Counted from the stretch's first letter, positions 9,522 to 18,416 are shown. The stretch is DNA of 64,000 bases from an uncultured Ignavibacteriales bacterium (GCA_963751355.1 CAVVVS010000077.1:1-64000); one strand, 5' to 3'. Translations and numbers: made by a program. Notes: generated by a model from the sequence alone, not told the origin.

Positions 9522-10208
9522 TCAATCTGCTATTGAAATATCTTTAGCAATCTTTTTCAGAGTTTCGTTTGAGTAAGAATAGTTTGCAACTTCCAAACGT
9601 GTATGCAATAGAAGCTTTTCCATTATATTATGAATATGGCTCTTAACCGTAAAAGTTGAAATGGACAGAGTTTGTGCAATCTCTTTGTTACTTAGTCCAT
9701 TGCCTATTAATCCGATAATCTCCCGCTCCCGTTTCGTCATACGAGTAGCTTCTTTCAACTTAACTCTACCGCCTTTAAGTGCATGCTCAACTATTTTTGA
9801 AAATAGCGATTCGGAAAAATTATTCGGAAGTACACTTTTACCTTCGGAAACTTCATGTATTGTGATAAGAAATTCATCGGGTGATGCATCTTTTAAAATA
9901 AAACCGGATGCACCGGCTTTGACAAATTGATTTATATCTTTCTGCACGGGTGCAAGATCCATCACAATTACCTTTGCATAGGGAAAATCCTTTTTTACGA
10001 CTTCTATCACGGTAAAACTATTTTGGTTGCGTAATCCCAAATCCAGAAGAATAATATCCGGCATTAATTTCTGTATTTTTAGAATGGTGTCCGCACTATT
10101 TCCGGATAACGAAATTACTTTTATATCTTTCTGCTTTTTAAGCATCGCAATAATTCCGTCGCGGAGCAGCCGGTTATCTTCGATTAAAAGCAATTTAATT
10201 TTTTTCAT
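9522..10208 (-). CDS. NarL/FixJ-family response regulator (REC + LuxR-type HTH), orphan
   Basis: REC domain with LLDLGL phospho-acceptor Asp. C-terminal LuxR HTH (REREIIGLIGNGLSNKEIAQTLSISTFTVKSHIHNIMEKL). No histidine kinase nearby. Confidence 0.85.
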   Translation of the reverse strand: MKKIKLLLIEDNRLLRDGIIAMLKKQKDIKVISLSGNSADTILKIQKLMPDIILLDLGLRNQNSFTVIEVVKKDFPYAKVIVMDLAPVQKDINQFVKAGASGFILKDASPDEFLITIHEVSEGKSVLPNNFSESLFSKIVEHALKGGRVKLKEATRMTKREREIIGLIGNGLSNKEIAQTLSISTFTVKSHIHNIMEKLLLHTRLEVANYSYSNETLKKIAKDISIAD

Positions 10209-10237
10209 AAAAAAAATCTATAGAATGATATACAAAA

Positions 10238-10280
10238 TTTCAATCGGGCAATAGAATGAAAAAGGATCTAGCTCTTTTGG
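10238..10280 (-). promoter_or_regulatory. Conserved upstream element, copy 5 (diverged), 30 nt upstream of the response regulator start
   Basis: TTTCAATCGGGCAATAGAATGAAAAAGGATCTAGCTCTTTTGG. Confidence 0.4.
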
Positions 10281-10577
10281 ACGAATAAATAATCAATCCC
10301 TAGTCACAATTTTGTTTATTCGCCAATTTTAAATGAATGAAACACTTTCCGAATTTATTTTAAGATTTAAGTAATTAGAACAAAAACGGACTAACCCGGG
10401 AGAGGCGGAAAGCCGTTTAATCAATCTCAGCGAGGCGCAGCCAATGGCAAAATAAAAGAATGAATGCATGCGGCTTCATGCAGTCAAATTTCAAGAATAT
10501 TTTGACAAAAAAACAATAATATGATTGCAGTTACTTTTTTATAAAATCTTTATTAAAAAAGATTTGAAAACCGCATT

Positions 10578-11480
10578 TCATTTGGTATCCAAAATAATAG
10601 GCAGCCCGTCTTTCCCGCTCCCAATAATTATAACCTTCGCATTGTTTGACTCCGCAATTTTCAAGGTTGCTTCAATCCCTTTCCAGCGAAGTAATTGTTC
10701 GCTGATGCCTGCAGCAACAATCGTCTGAAAATCGGCAATACCCTTTGCTTCAATTCGTTTCCGGTCAGCCTCTTGTTTTTCTTTAGTGAGGATGAATTCC
10801 ATCCTTTGGCTTTCCTGATCAGCTCGTTGCTTTTGCTCAATTGCCTCAGTTAGTTGTACCGGCAAAGCCACATTCCGTATGGGTGTATTCTCAATAGTAA
10901 CGCCCCGGGGAGCAACAGTTTTAGCCAGTTCTTCCTGAATAGCCGAGCCGAGCTGTTCCCTTTCGGTTGAATACAAAGCACTTGCCTGGAAACTTGCTGT
11001 TACTGAGCGGCTGATGGAACGAAACTGGGGAATGAGAATGATGGTTTCATAATCACCCCCGGCAACCGTTTTATAGACGCGAGCTGCGGAATCCGGGTTG
11101 AGCCTGTAAAGCGCACTTACTTCCAAACCGATTGTGAGACCTTCACGGGAAAGAACCTGCATAGTTTCTTTATGTTCTTTAGTCTGGATTGAATATTTTA
11201 TTACTCTTGCAAGCGGATTAACGATATTGATTCCCGAAGGTAGGGGCTTATCCGATACAATACCAAAAAAATCTACAACACCGACATGACCGGCGGGAAC
11301 CTGTGTGAAACACTGAAGCAACGCAATAATTCCGAAAAAACCCGCAACAAAAATGCTAACTTTACCAGCCGTATGAAATGCTATATTGTTTTGATTTATT
11401 TTCTTTTTTGTACCCATCCATACTAATATGGCAATTACGGCAATTAACAGTGATAAAATAAATATCATTCTAACCCCCAT
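10578..11480 (-). CDS. SPFH/band-7 (prohibitin/HflC-like) membrane protein
   Basis: N-terminal TM, SPFH core (QVPAGHVGVVDFFG...) and a C-terminal coiled-coil. Confidence 0.8.
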   Translation of the reverse strand: MGVRMIFILSLLIAVIAILVWMGTKKKINQNNIAFHTAGKVSIFVAGFFGIIALLQCFTQVPAGHVGVVDFFGIVSDKPLPSGINIVNPLARVIKYSIQTKEHKETMQVLSREGLTIGLEVSALYRLNPDSAARVYKTVAGGDYETIILIPQFRSISRSVTASFQASALYSTEREQLGSAIQEELAKTVAPRGVTIENTPIRNVALPVQLTEAIEQKQRADQESQRMEFILTKEKQEADRKRIEAKGIADFQTIVAAGISEQLLRWKGIEATLKIAESNNAKVIIIGSGKDGLPIILDTK

Positions 11481-11536
11481 TTAAAATTAATGTGCATTAT
11501 TAATTGCAATTTAAGATGCAACTAATTGGAATTGGT

Positions 11537-11582
11537 AATCAATCTATCAAAAGGATGAAAAATGGTCTAATGCTCAATTGGA
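11537..11582 (-). promoter_or_regulatory. Conserved upstream element, copy 6 (diverged)
   Basis: TAATCAATCTATCAAAAGGATGAAAAATGGTCTAATGCTCAATTGG, about 60 nt upstream of the SPFH gene. Confidence 0.4.
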
Positions 11583-11775
11583 ATAAAAAAACGATGCTTC
11601 CTATCTCGAGATTATTAGCTTTTCTGCAAAATAGTTTATTTATCATCTCGAAGAACTCATCGACTGAGATCTGCGCGCCTATGATGCAAATTTTTTAGAA
11701 TTGTGAAATTTCTCCCTTCGATAGAAATGACAATTAAGTAAAATATTTATTTCGCATAGATTCTAGTATAAATAT

Positions 11776-13257
11776 TTAATTAATGTTGTTTGAAACCTTC
11801 CGGAAATGATAACCATAGATAGAGAACATAATAGCGAGTGAAAAGAGTTTAGGCTTTATGAATAAAGACCAGAAGAAGAGTTTCCAGTAATAAAGTCTTT
11901 CCTTTCCGACGATACCTAATTTTAAAATTGATTTCATTAACGCTTGTATATAACTAGAATTTATATGGAATATTTTCTTTTTCTTAGGGTCAAAGTCTTT
12001 TAGAAAACTAGTAACGCGTTCATAATAATATTTGGGTGAATATATAGTATCCAGTATTTTTTTGTACCCTTCCATCAATAGTTCCGAGTTCATTTTTGGA
12101 ATAAAATTAATGGAAAAATCAGTATTGTTGCCTGTAAAATCGTTAAGCAGTCTTCCTTCCTTCTCCAATCGTTTATGAAGCTTGGTCCCTGCCGGGGCAT
12201 TTAACAGTCCTACCATTGCGGTAACTATTCCGCTTTTCTGAATAAATGCTGTAAGCTTTTCAAATATCGAAGCCGGATCATTGTCAAACCCAACAATAAA
12301 TCCTCCCTGAACTTCCAATCCGAATTGCTGAATCTTCTTTATGCTTAAGAGTAAATCGCGATTTCTGTTTTGTGTTTTGTTACATTCAAGTAAACTTTCT
12401 TCATTAGGTGATTCGATTCCGATGAATACAGCTTCAAACCCGGCTTTAACCATCAGCCGCATAAGCTCTTCATCATCGGCAAGATTAATTGAAGCCTCGG
12501 TGTTCAAGTAAAAAGGACTTTTCCTTTTTTCCATCCATTCTGCAATTGCCGGTAGAATTTCCTTTTTCAGCTTCGATTTATTCCCGATAAAATTATCATC
12601 TACAAAAAAGACAGGACCTTTCCACCCGCTAAAATACAATTGATCCAACTCGGCGATGACCTGCTCTTTGGTTTTGGTTCGTGGTTTTCTTCCGTAAAGA
12701 ACGGTTATATCGCAAAAATCACAGTCATAGGGACAGCCTCTTGAGTATTGAATATTCATTGACGAATAATCATTCATTGAAATTAGATCCCAGCTGGGCA
12801 GCGGGGTAGCGGCAATATCAGCCCATTGATCCGTAGTATAAATATGTTCCGGCTTTCCGGCATTCAAATCATTAATAAATTGTGGGAGAGTTATTTCGGC
12901 TTCTTTTAGTACCAAATAATCAACATTATCATAGTTTTCACTGAGGCTGGTAAAATGCGGTCCGCCTGCTACAATTTTTGTATTTAGTTCATTACATCTT
13001 CGTATCACCTCATTTGCCGATTGACTTTGAACGGACATGGCACTGATAAAAACATAATCAGCCCATAAGATATCATCATCTTTCAGTTCGGTTGTATTTA
13101 AATCAATAAGCTTTTTGTTAAAACCGGAAGGCAGTATAGATGCAATTGTTAATAATCCCAACGGCGGAAAACTTGCTTTTTTTGAAACAAATTTGAGCGC
13201 ATGTTTAAAGCTCCAAAAGGTGTCGGGGTAAACAGGGTATACTAAAAGGATATTCAT
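11776..13257 (-). CDS. B12-binding-domain radical SAM protein (DUF4070-type C-terminus)
   Basis: N-terminal B12-binding-like region (ILLVYPVYPDTFWSF...PPLGLLTIA). CxxxCxxC motif (CPYDCDFC). Confidence 0.8.
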   Translation of the reverse strand: MNILLVYPVYPDTFWSFKHALKFVSKKASFPPLGLLTIASILPSGFNKKLIDLNTTELKDDDILWADYVFISAMSVQSQSANEVIRRCNELNTKIVAGGPHFTSLSENYDNVDYLVLKEAEITLPQFINDLNAGKPEHIYTTDQWADIAATPLPSWDLISMNDYSSMNIQYSRGCPYDCDFCDITVLYGRKPRTKTKEQVIAELDQLYFSGWKGPVFFVDDNFIGNKSKLKKEILPAIAEWMEKRKSPFYLNTEASINLADDEELMRLMVKAGFEAVFIGIESPNEESLLECNKTQNRNRDLLLSIKKIQQFGLEVQGGFIVGFDNDPASIFEKLTAFIQKSGIVTAMVGLLNAPAGTKLHKRLEKEGRLLNDFTGNNTDFSINFIPKMNSELLMEGYKKILDTIYSPKYYYERVTSFLKDFDPKKKKIFHINSSYIQALMKSILKLGIVGKERLYYWKLFFWSLFIKPKLFSLAIMFSIYGYHFRKVSNNIN

Positions 13258-13290
13258 TAATTAACTCTTTAAGTCGTTATAAATATTTTC

Positions 13291-14835
13291 CTAAACAGCA
13301 ATTCGTTCGGCTATTGTTTTTAGATAAGCATTCTGATCATGGAATATTGCCCCTTCAGGAAGCCAATCCCACAGCGGTCCCAGTTCATTTTGAATAATGT
13401 CTTTATAGAATTGAGGAAGTTCGGTCGTTTGCTGTTCAAAATAGTCCCGGAATTTTGTATCTGAATTAAGCTGTGAAAGTATTTTTTTATTATATGCAAC
13501 TCTGCCGAAACCTTCCTCGGATATTGCGCGCACAACATTCATCCATCTAGGAATGAATGCTTTTGTTGCAATCAACCGTTTCATAATTGCGGCCCATGAA
13601 AAAGTATGTTCACCTAAGCTGATAGTATGAGCATAAAACTCCTGCCACGAATAATTTTTCGGTTTCACATTCATAGCATGATTATTATCCAGGAAATGAA
13701 ACGGGAACGGAAGTACCCGGTTTGATTCTTGATACTCGAGGTTTAGCGGCGCTGCCCTTCCGAATGCGGATAATAATGAATAGCCGGGAAATGCCCCGGG
13801 GGTCATATCTACGAATTTTTTAGTAAGTTCAAACGGCTCTTCGCCTTTGTCGGCGTCGAGTCCCAAAACAAAATTAGTTTGAACATACGGAATATATCGT
13901 AAGATCATGTTAACCTGTTCCGCGATCTGTTTAACCTTATCCATCCCGGTCGTACTTCCCGTTTTTGATTTGTTCCCGAGATCATACCACGATTCAATGC
14001 CCGGCAGCATGGCGCCGAACCCATTTCGTTTAAGCCGTTTTACATGAGGTTCGGACAGCAAGGATAAACTACTTTCTGCGATAAAATCTATGCTATTCAT
14101 GGGTACAACCTCCTCTATTGCATCCATGTATTCGTTAAACCGGATTCCAAAGTTCGGGTCATGCCATCCTACAAGAGGGCGTTTGAACTTTGTAAGCAGA
14201 AACGATAAGTCTTCCTTCAAAACATCAAAGTCAAGCGGCTGATACGCTACAGTTGAGTCAATACAGAAACTGCAGGTGTAAGGGCATCCTAAACTGCCGA
14301 GCATAGGGACCATTTTTATTAGCGGAGCCTTTTTGAGTGTCGGTTCAATAAATTTCCATCTCTCCTTAACCCCGGGAATTGATAAAGGGTGGTTTTGAGC
14401 CGTAAGATGCAGACCCGTGGGTCGGTGGGGTGAACAATCGTGCAAAATTTCATGAATAATATTTTTATCCGTAAACCCTGCAACATAATCGAAATATTTT
14501 ACCGAATCCTCCGGGTAGCAGCGTGCATGAGGTCCTCCCAACACAGTAACCGCACCGTGAGACCGAAGGAGATTACTTAAAGCATAAGCTGTTTGTGCTG
14601 CTTCGGTAAACGCACATATAAAAATTAAATCGGCATTCTGCGGCAGTTCTTTTATTAGATCCTCTTTGCCTGTATAACAAATATAGGTGACGTTATGACC
14701 CTCTTCTTCACACCACACTCCTACAACTTGCGGCATTATACTTGCAAAGTTCGCATTCATTATGCGCGCAAATAATTTTTTGTTAGGCTTTTTTGAAACA
14801 AGGTCTATTATTCCTACCTGAAGTTTGCGACTCAT
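13291..14835 (-). CDS. B12-binding-domain radical SAM protein
   Basis: CxxxCxxC motif (CPYTCSFC). Same architecture as its neighbour. The two are in tandem with a 33-nt gap. Confidence 0.8.
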   Translation of the reverse strand: MSRKLQVGIIDLVSKKPNKKLFARIMNANFASIMPQVVGVWCEEEGHNVTYICYTGKEDLIKELPQNADLIFICAFTEAAQTAYALSNLLRSHGAVTVLGGPHARCYPEDSVKYFDYVAGFTDKNIIHEILHDCSPHRPTGLHLTAQNHPLSIPGVKERWKFIEPTLKKAPLIKMVPMLGSLGCPYTCSFCIDSTVAYQPLDFDVLKEDLSFLLTKFKRPLVGWHDPNFGIRFNEYMDAIEEVVPMNSIDFIAESSLSLLSEPHVKRLKRNGFGAMLPGIESWYDLGNKSKTGSTTGMDKVKQIAEQVNMILRYIPYVQTNFVLGLDADKGEEPFELTKKFVDMTPGAFPGYSLLSAFGRAAPLNLEYQESNRVLPFPFHFLDNNHAMNVKPKNYSWQEFYAHTISLGEHTFSWAAIMKRLIATKAFIPRWMNVVRAISEEGFGRVAYNKKILSQLNSDTKFRDYFEQQTTELPQFYKDIIQNELGPLWDWLPEGAIFHDQNAYLKTIAERIAV

Positions 14836-15078
14836 GTAAAACCCTATTTTTACTCATCTATATATTAACGACTTTTACACCAAGTGTTATAAATTACTTT
14901 TTGTAATCCTGAATATTGCCGAAGGTATGCCCATGGGTAATCAAAATCACTTTTCATGAGTACAAGATTCAACAAGATTTTTGCAAAACATTGGTTATCA
15001 ATATAGATTATTTGAACGGATATTGTCCGTTGAACTATGCTGCTGTTATCAGTCAGCTTTAATTGTCAATAAGATATA

Positions 15079-15135
15079 AAAATCTCATTCGATATAAATG
15101 GTTCAAACGGATGAAAAAGGGATTAATCCTAAAGG
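15079..15135 (-). promoter_or_regulatory. Conserved upstream element, copy 7, about 270 nt upstream of the radical SAM pair
   Basis: AAATCTCATTCGAT..CAAACGGATGAAAAAGGGATTAATCCTAAAGG, with a 12-nt insertion in the 5' box. Confidence 0.45.
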
Positions 15136-15472
15136 ATGATAATTTTTGCTGCACCATTTTCCAAATCCTTTGTATAGATTGGTTTGATTATTGCGATAAT
15201 AGCGCCATATGTTGTACCGAATTTAATATTTTTCGTTTAAAATTATTAATTTATAACTCGGTGAAACCGGAACTGAATGAAAGAATAGAGTTTTGTTTTT
15301 ATGCAATTTCTATTACAATTTAAGCAGGTATACGTCCATGCCGCCGCAGCTTTCTCGATATCAAAAAAATATCCAACATTTTTCTAAGAATTTCAGTATA
15401 AAGAAGTTAATTGCATTTTACCGCTCTGTCTGTTCCATGTTTTCTGTTAAATATGTTATTAGACCTTCTAGA

Positions 15473-15850
15473 TTATTTTTTGTGATTCATTTTGTAGCCC
15501 GACATCTTCATTGGTTTTGTACTGTCACCCATCATGCTGAGGGCTTTTGGAGTCACATCGTTTATACTTGTTTTTTGATCTACCATACTCGAAACTATGG
15601 AATTCATCTCAGGATTATCCATTATTGATCTTCCGAGCTTAGTCATTTCTATTTTGTTGCCGGTTGTTTTATCCAACAACATTGCCATCATCATACTCCG
15701 CAATTCGGAATCTGACGATATTTTAGTCATCCATTCTTTAGTCTGAGCATTTATTTCTGTTTTGTCATTATTGCTTTTGACCTGTGCAATTAATGGTATA
15801 GACATTAATGCTAAGAATAATATTAAATATTTCATTTTTCTGCCTGTCAT
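15473..15850 (-). CDS. Secreted methionine-rich protein, possible metal-binding (copper?) periplasmic protein
   Basis: The likely true start is MKYLILFLALMSIPLIAQ at 15835. There are multiple Met clusters (MMMAML, SMMGDS, KPMKMSGYKMNH). Confidence 0.5.
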   Translation of the reverse strand: MTGRKMKYLILFLALMSIPLIAQVKSNNDKTEINAQTKEWMTKISSDSELRSMMMAMLLDKTTGNKIEMTKLGRSIMDNPEMNSIVSSMVDQKTSINDVTPKALSMMGDSTKPMKMSGYKMNHKK

Positions 15851-15950
15851 TTTTTATGGCTATATAAAATTCAAATTAATTTTGAGGGAATTTCGTAGGG
15901 ATCTGCATAAACTTTCAAATAATTATTTCCTGTTTATAATGAAGACGGAT

Positions 15951-16139
15951 CTATTCCAGTTTATCAATCATTGTAATAACTTCTGTTTTAGTTTTTGATA
16001 ATTTTTCCTGTAACTTCGTCAATAGGTCGCGTTCATCGCCGTTGTTTAATTTTAAATCGTCTGCCGTTATTGTTGGATATGCAAGTCTAATTTTTTCTTT
16101 AAGAGCAAGCCAATTCCCTTTATTATTTATCTGGTACAT
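15951..16139 (-). CDS. Small hypothetical protein (62 aa)
   Basis: ORF-track entry that lies 65 nt downstream of element copy 8. Confidence 0.4.
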   Translation of the reverse strand: MYQINNKGNWLALKEKIRLAYPTITADDLKLNNGDERDLLTKLQEKLSKTKTEVITMIDKLE

Positions 16140-16189
16140 ATTAGAGCCTCTTTTTGGTTATTAAGTATTAATATATTACGGAGAAAGGG

Positions 16190-16241
16190 AAAGTAAGTAA
16201 ATAGGGCAAAGGGATGAAAAAGGGACTAATCCTTTTATTGG
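16190..16241 (-). promoter_or_regulatory. Conserved upstream element, copy 8 (best consensus match)
   Basis: AAGTAAATAGGGCAAAGGGATGAAAAAGGGACTAATCCTTTTATTGG. Confidence 0.5.
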
Positions 16242-16379
16242 ATGTGTCATGTTACGCAGCAATGTTTATAATATTATTCTATTATCTCGATAACATCGCA
16301 GCACAGAATAGTTGCCTGTGCCGCGAAACTAAATTATGCCGGTCATTACTCAACATGACCGAGTAGATAAATATAATAG

Positions 16380-16850
16380 TTATTTCGATTGAATCTTTTT
16401 AGCCATTTTATCTTTTTCAAAAGATATTGCGATACAAACATTTCTTACGGATTCATTAGTTGAATTATTAGCCGCTTCATAAATTGCATGATCACCAATA
16501 TCTGAATGAAGTTCATCCAGTGCAATGGCTGCAGTTATGCGTAATTGGACACCTAATTTTTCATTTTTTACGATGTCCATCAAAGGTTTAACAAATGTAC
16601 TAAATGAGTTGTCGGGGAAAATCTGCTCAAGTTCCCAGAGTGTTTGCACTGATGATAATTTTACGTTTGTAGAACCATCCTGTAAATGTTGTAAAAGCAT
16701 TTTTTCTGTATTTTTCAAATTCTTCTTTAAAGTTTCAGAATTATGTTGTTCCGAAAAACGCGTTGGTCTATCCTGTGCAAAAGATAATGTACTCGCAAAG
16801 AAGAAAAGTAATGACATTGAAAGAACTAATGAGAATATGTGATTTTTCAT
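16380..16850 (-). CDS. Secreted HEAT/armadillo-like repeat protein
   Basis: Signal peptide and helical repeat-like segments (LRITAAIALDEL, VRNVCIAI). Confidence 0.5.
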   Translation of the reverse strand: MKNHIFSLVLSMSLLFFFASTLSFAQDRPTRFSEQHNSETLKKNLKNTEKMLLQHLQDGSTNVKLSSVQTLWELEQIFPDNSFSTFVKPLMDIVKNEKLGVQLRITAAIALDELHSDIGDHAIYEAANNSTNESVRNVCIAISFEKDKMAKKIQSK

Positions 16851-16985
16851 TTTAGTAACCCCTTATGTTTATTAATAATTAATTTGTTTTATTAGCCGGT
16901 CTAATTTTTTTTACAGAGATATGCAAACTGGCTGCATACTTATGGTTTTTAATTTAGGTGATTAATGTTAATAATAATGGAAAGT

Positions 16986-17036
16986 AAATGATTGATCAAT
17001 AGTACAAAGGGATGAAAAAGGGATTAATCCTCTTGC
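16986..17036 (-). promoter_or_regulatory. Conserved upstream element, copy 9, which overlaps the last 4 codons and the stop of response regulator 17024..17755
   Basis: AAGTAAATGATTGATCAATAGTACAAAGGGATGAAAAAGGGATTAATCCTCTTGC, about 150 nt upstream of 16380..16850. Confidence 0.5.
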
Positions 17037-17755
17037 TCTATGTTTGATGAAAAAGAGTGAGTAGTACCATTAAAATCTTTAGAAGAATGAGCATATTTAG
17101 CAATCTGTACCCTCGTGTGAAGCGCAAGTTTTTCAAGTATGTTATGGATATGACTTTTTATTGTGAATGTTGATAAATGCAGCTTTTGTGCAATTTCTTT
17201 ATTAGTTAAACCATCGGAAACTAAGTCTATCACTTGTCGTTCCCGTTTTGTCATCCTTACGGATCCAATTATCTTTGAAGTATTTGAATCATTTAATGCC
17301 TGAATAACTATCTGGGAAAAAAGTGATTCCGTTAAATTTGGCGGCAGCACCTTAGCTCCGCCTGCAACAGATCTAATTGTTCGAAGAAAATCATCTACAG
17401 TTGCATCTTTGAGGATGAAGCCGGAAACCCCGGCTTTTACAAACATCAATACATCTTCCTGTATAGGGACAAGATCCATCACTATAATTTTTGTGTTATG
17501 AAAATCTTTTTTTATTACTTTTACAAGTTGTAAACTATTTTGATTGCGTAGGCCGAGATCAAGAAGTACAATATGTGGTTCAAATTTACGGATGTATTCC
17601 TGTGCTTTTATACAATCACCAAAAGCAGCCACTGCTTTTAGATCATGTTGTTCCGCAATCATTGCCGATATGCCATCTCGTAAAAGCCGGTTATCTTCGA
17701 CAATTAGTATGGATATCTTTTTTGATTTATTCATTACCCCCTTAAGGAAATACAA
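17024..17755 (-). CDS. NarL/FixJ-family response regulator, a paralog of 9522..10208, orphan
   Basis: Roughly 55% identical to the other response regulator over the REC + LuxR HTH domains. The true start is probably MNKSKKISILIVEDN. Confidence 0.85.
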   Translation of the reverse strand: MYFLKGVMNKSKKISILIVEDNRLLRDGISAMIAEQHDLKAVAAFGDCIKAQEYIRKFEPHIVLLDLGLRNQNSLQLVKVIKKDFHNTKIIVMDLVPIQEDVLMFVKAGVSGFILKDATVDDFLRTIRSVAGGAKVLPPNLTESLFSQIVIQALNDSNTSKIIGSVRMTKRERQVIDLVSDGLTNKEIAQKLHLSTFTIKSHIHNILEKLALHTRVQIAKYAHSSKDFNGTTHSFSSNIEQED

Positions 17756-18416
17756 TTATTAATATATGTAATTTATTATGATGATTCAAATTATATTATG
17801 CAAGCTAATTGATTCAAATAATTATTTAAACGATCATTCATCCTAAATGATGCACGAATATTATGTAAAAGGTAAAAATTCTTAAATCACCTAATTGAAG
17901 AATATTAAAAGTTAGTTGAAAAAATACTGCGGATGAAAATAGAATATTTGCCAAAATAATAACCGAAATAAATTGTCGTTTTGCCTGTCCGGAATTAACC
18001 ATTTCTTTTATTATTGTAAGAATCAGTAGTAATATATAATCTATAATTGCTTAAGTAAGATAGTTTTAACATTAGATATTGTTTTACATGAGTTAACGGA
18101 ATAATTAAAAACATTAATTTAACCTAATTTTAAATTAACCATCTAAGGCTTTAAACCCAAATAAGTTCCGAATTCCACAGCAAGTCTCGACAAGTCGGGA
18201 AATTTTCACTAATTTTATTTATGCAAATTAATATCATTTGTCATGTTGACCTGCCCAGGGAGGGAAAATTTTCAAAATTGTTCGAATCATAAACCTTGAG
18301 ATTCTTCAACACCTAAGCCGGGTTAGAGGGACAAAAGTAAATCATTTCTCTTTTCACGAGTGACTTGAGTTATTAATCAAATAATCGAATTAAATAGATG
18401 AAATAAAATTAATAAC

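Noticed and set aside
11776-14835. The radical SAM pair as a RiPP biosynthetic cluster
   Set aside because: No short precursor-peptide ORF, no RiPP recognition element, and no peptidase or transporter genes adjacent. A lipid or cofactor-modifying role seems at least as likely. It is kept as a finding but not called a RiPP BGC.
15013-15037. Inverted repeat TTGAACGGA-TATTG-TCCGTTGAAC upstream of the radical SAM pair
   Set aside because: It is short (6 bp arms) and occurs once. It could be an operator but there is insufficient evidence to call it.
1721-17036. The nine repeated ~45-nt elements could be mistaken for a CRISPR array or tandem repeat
   Set aside because: Copies are 0.8 to 3.6 kb apart with genes in between and have degenerate flanks. 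There are no cas genes and no regular repeat-spacer periodicity.
18160-18330. Possible tRNA or riboswitch in the 660-bp spacer 17756-18416 (GGGAGGGAAAATTTTCA / GGGAAATTTTCAC repeats, TTCGAATC)
   Set aside because: No cloverleaf could be assembled (no GGTTCGAATCC T-loop with a matching acceptor stem). The short repeats are AT-rich and low complexity.
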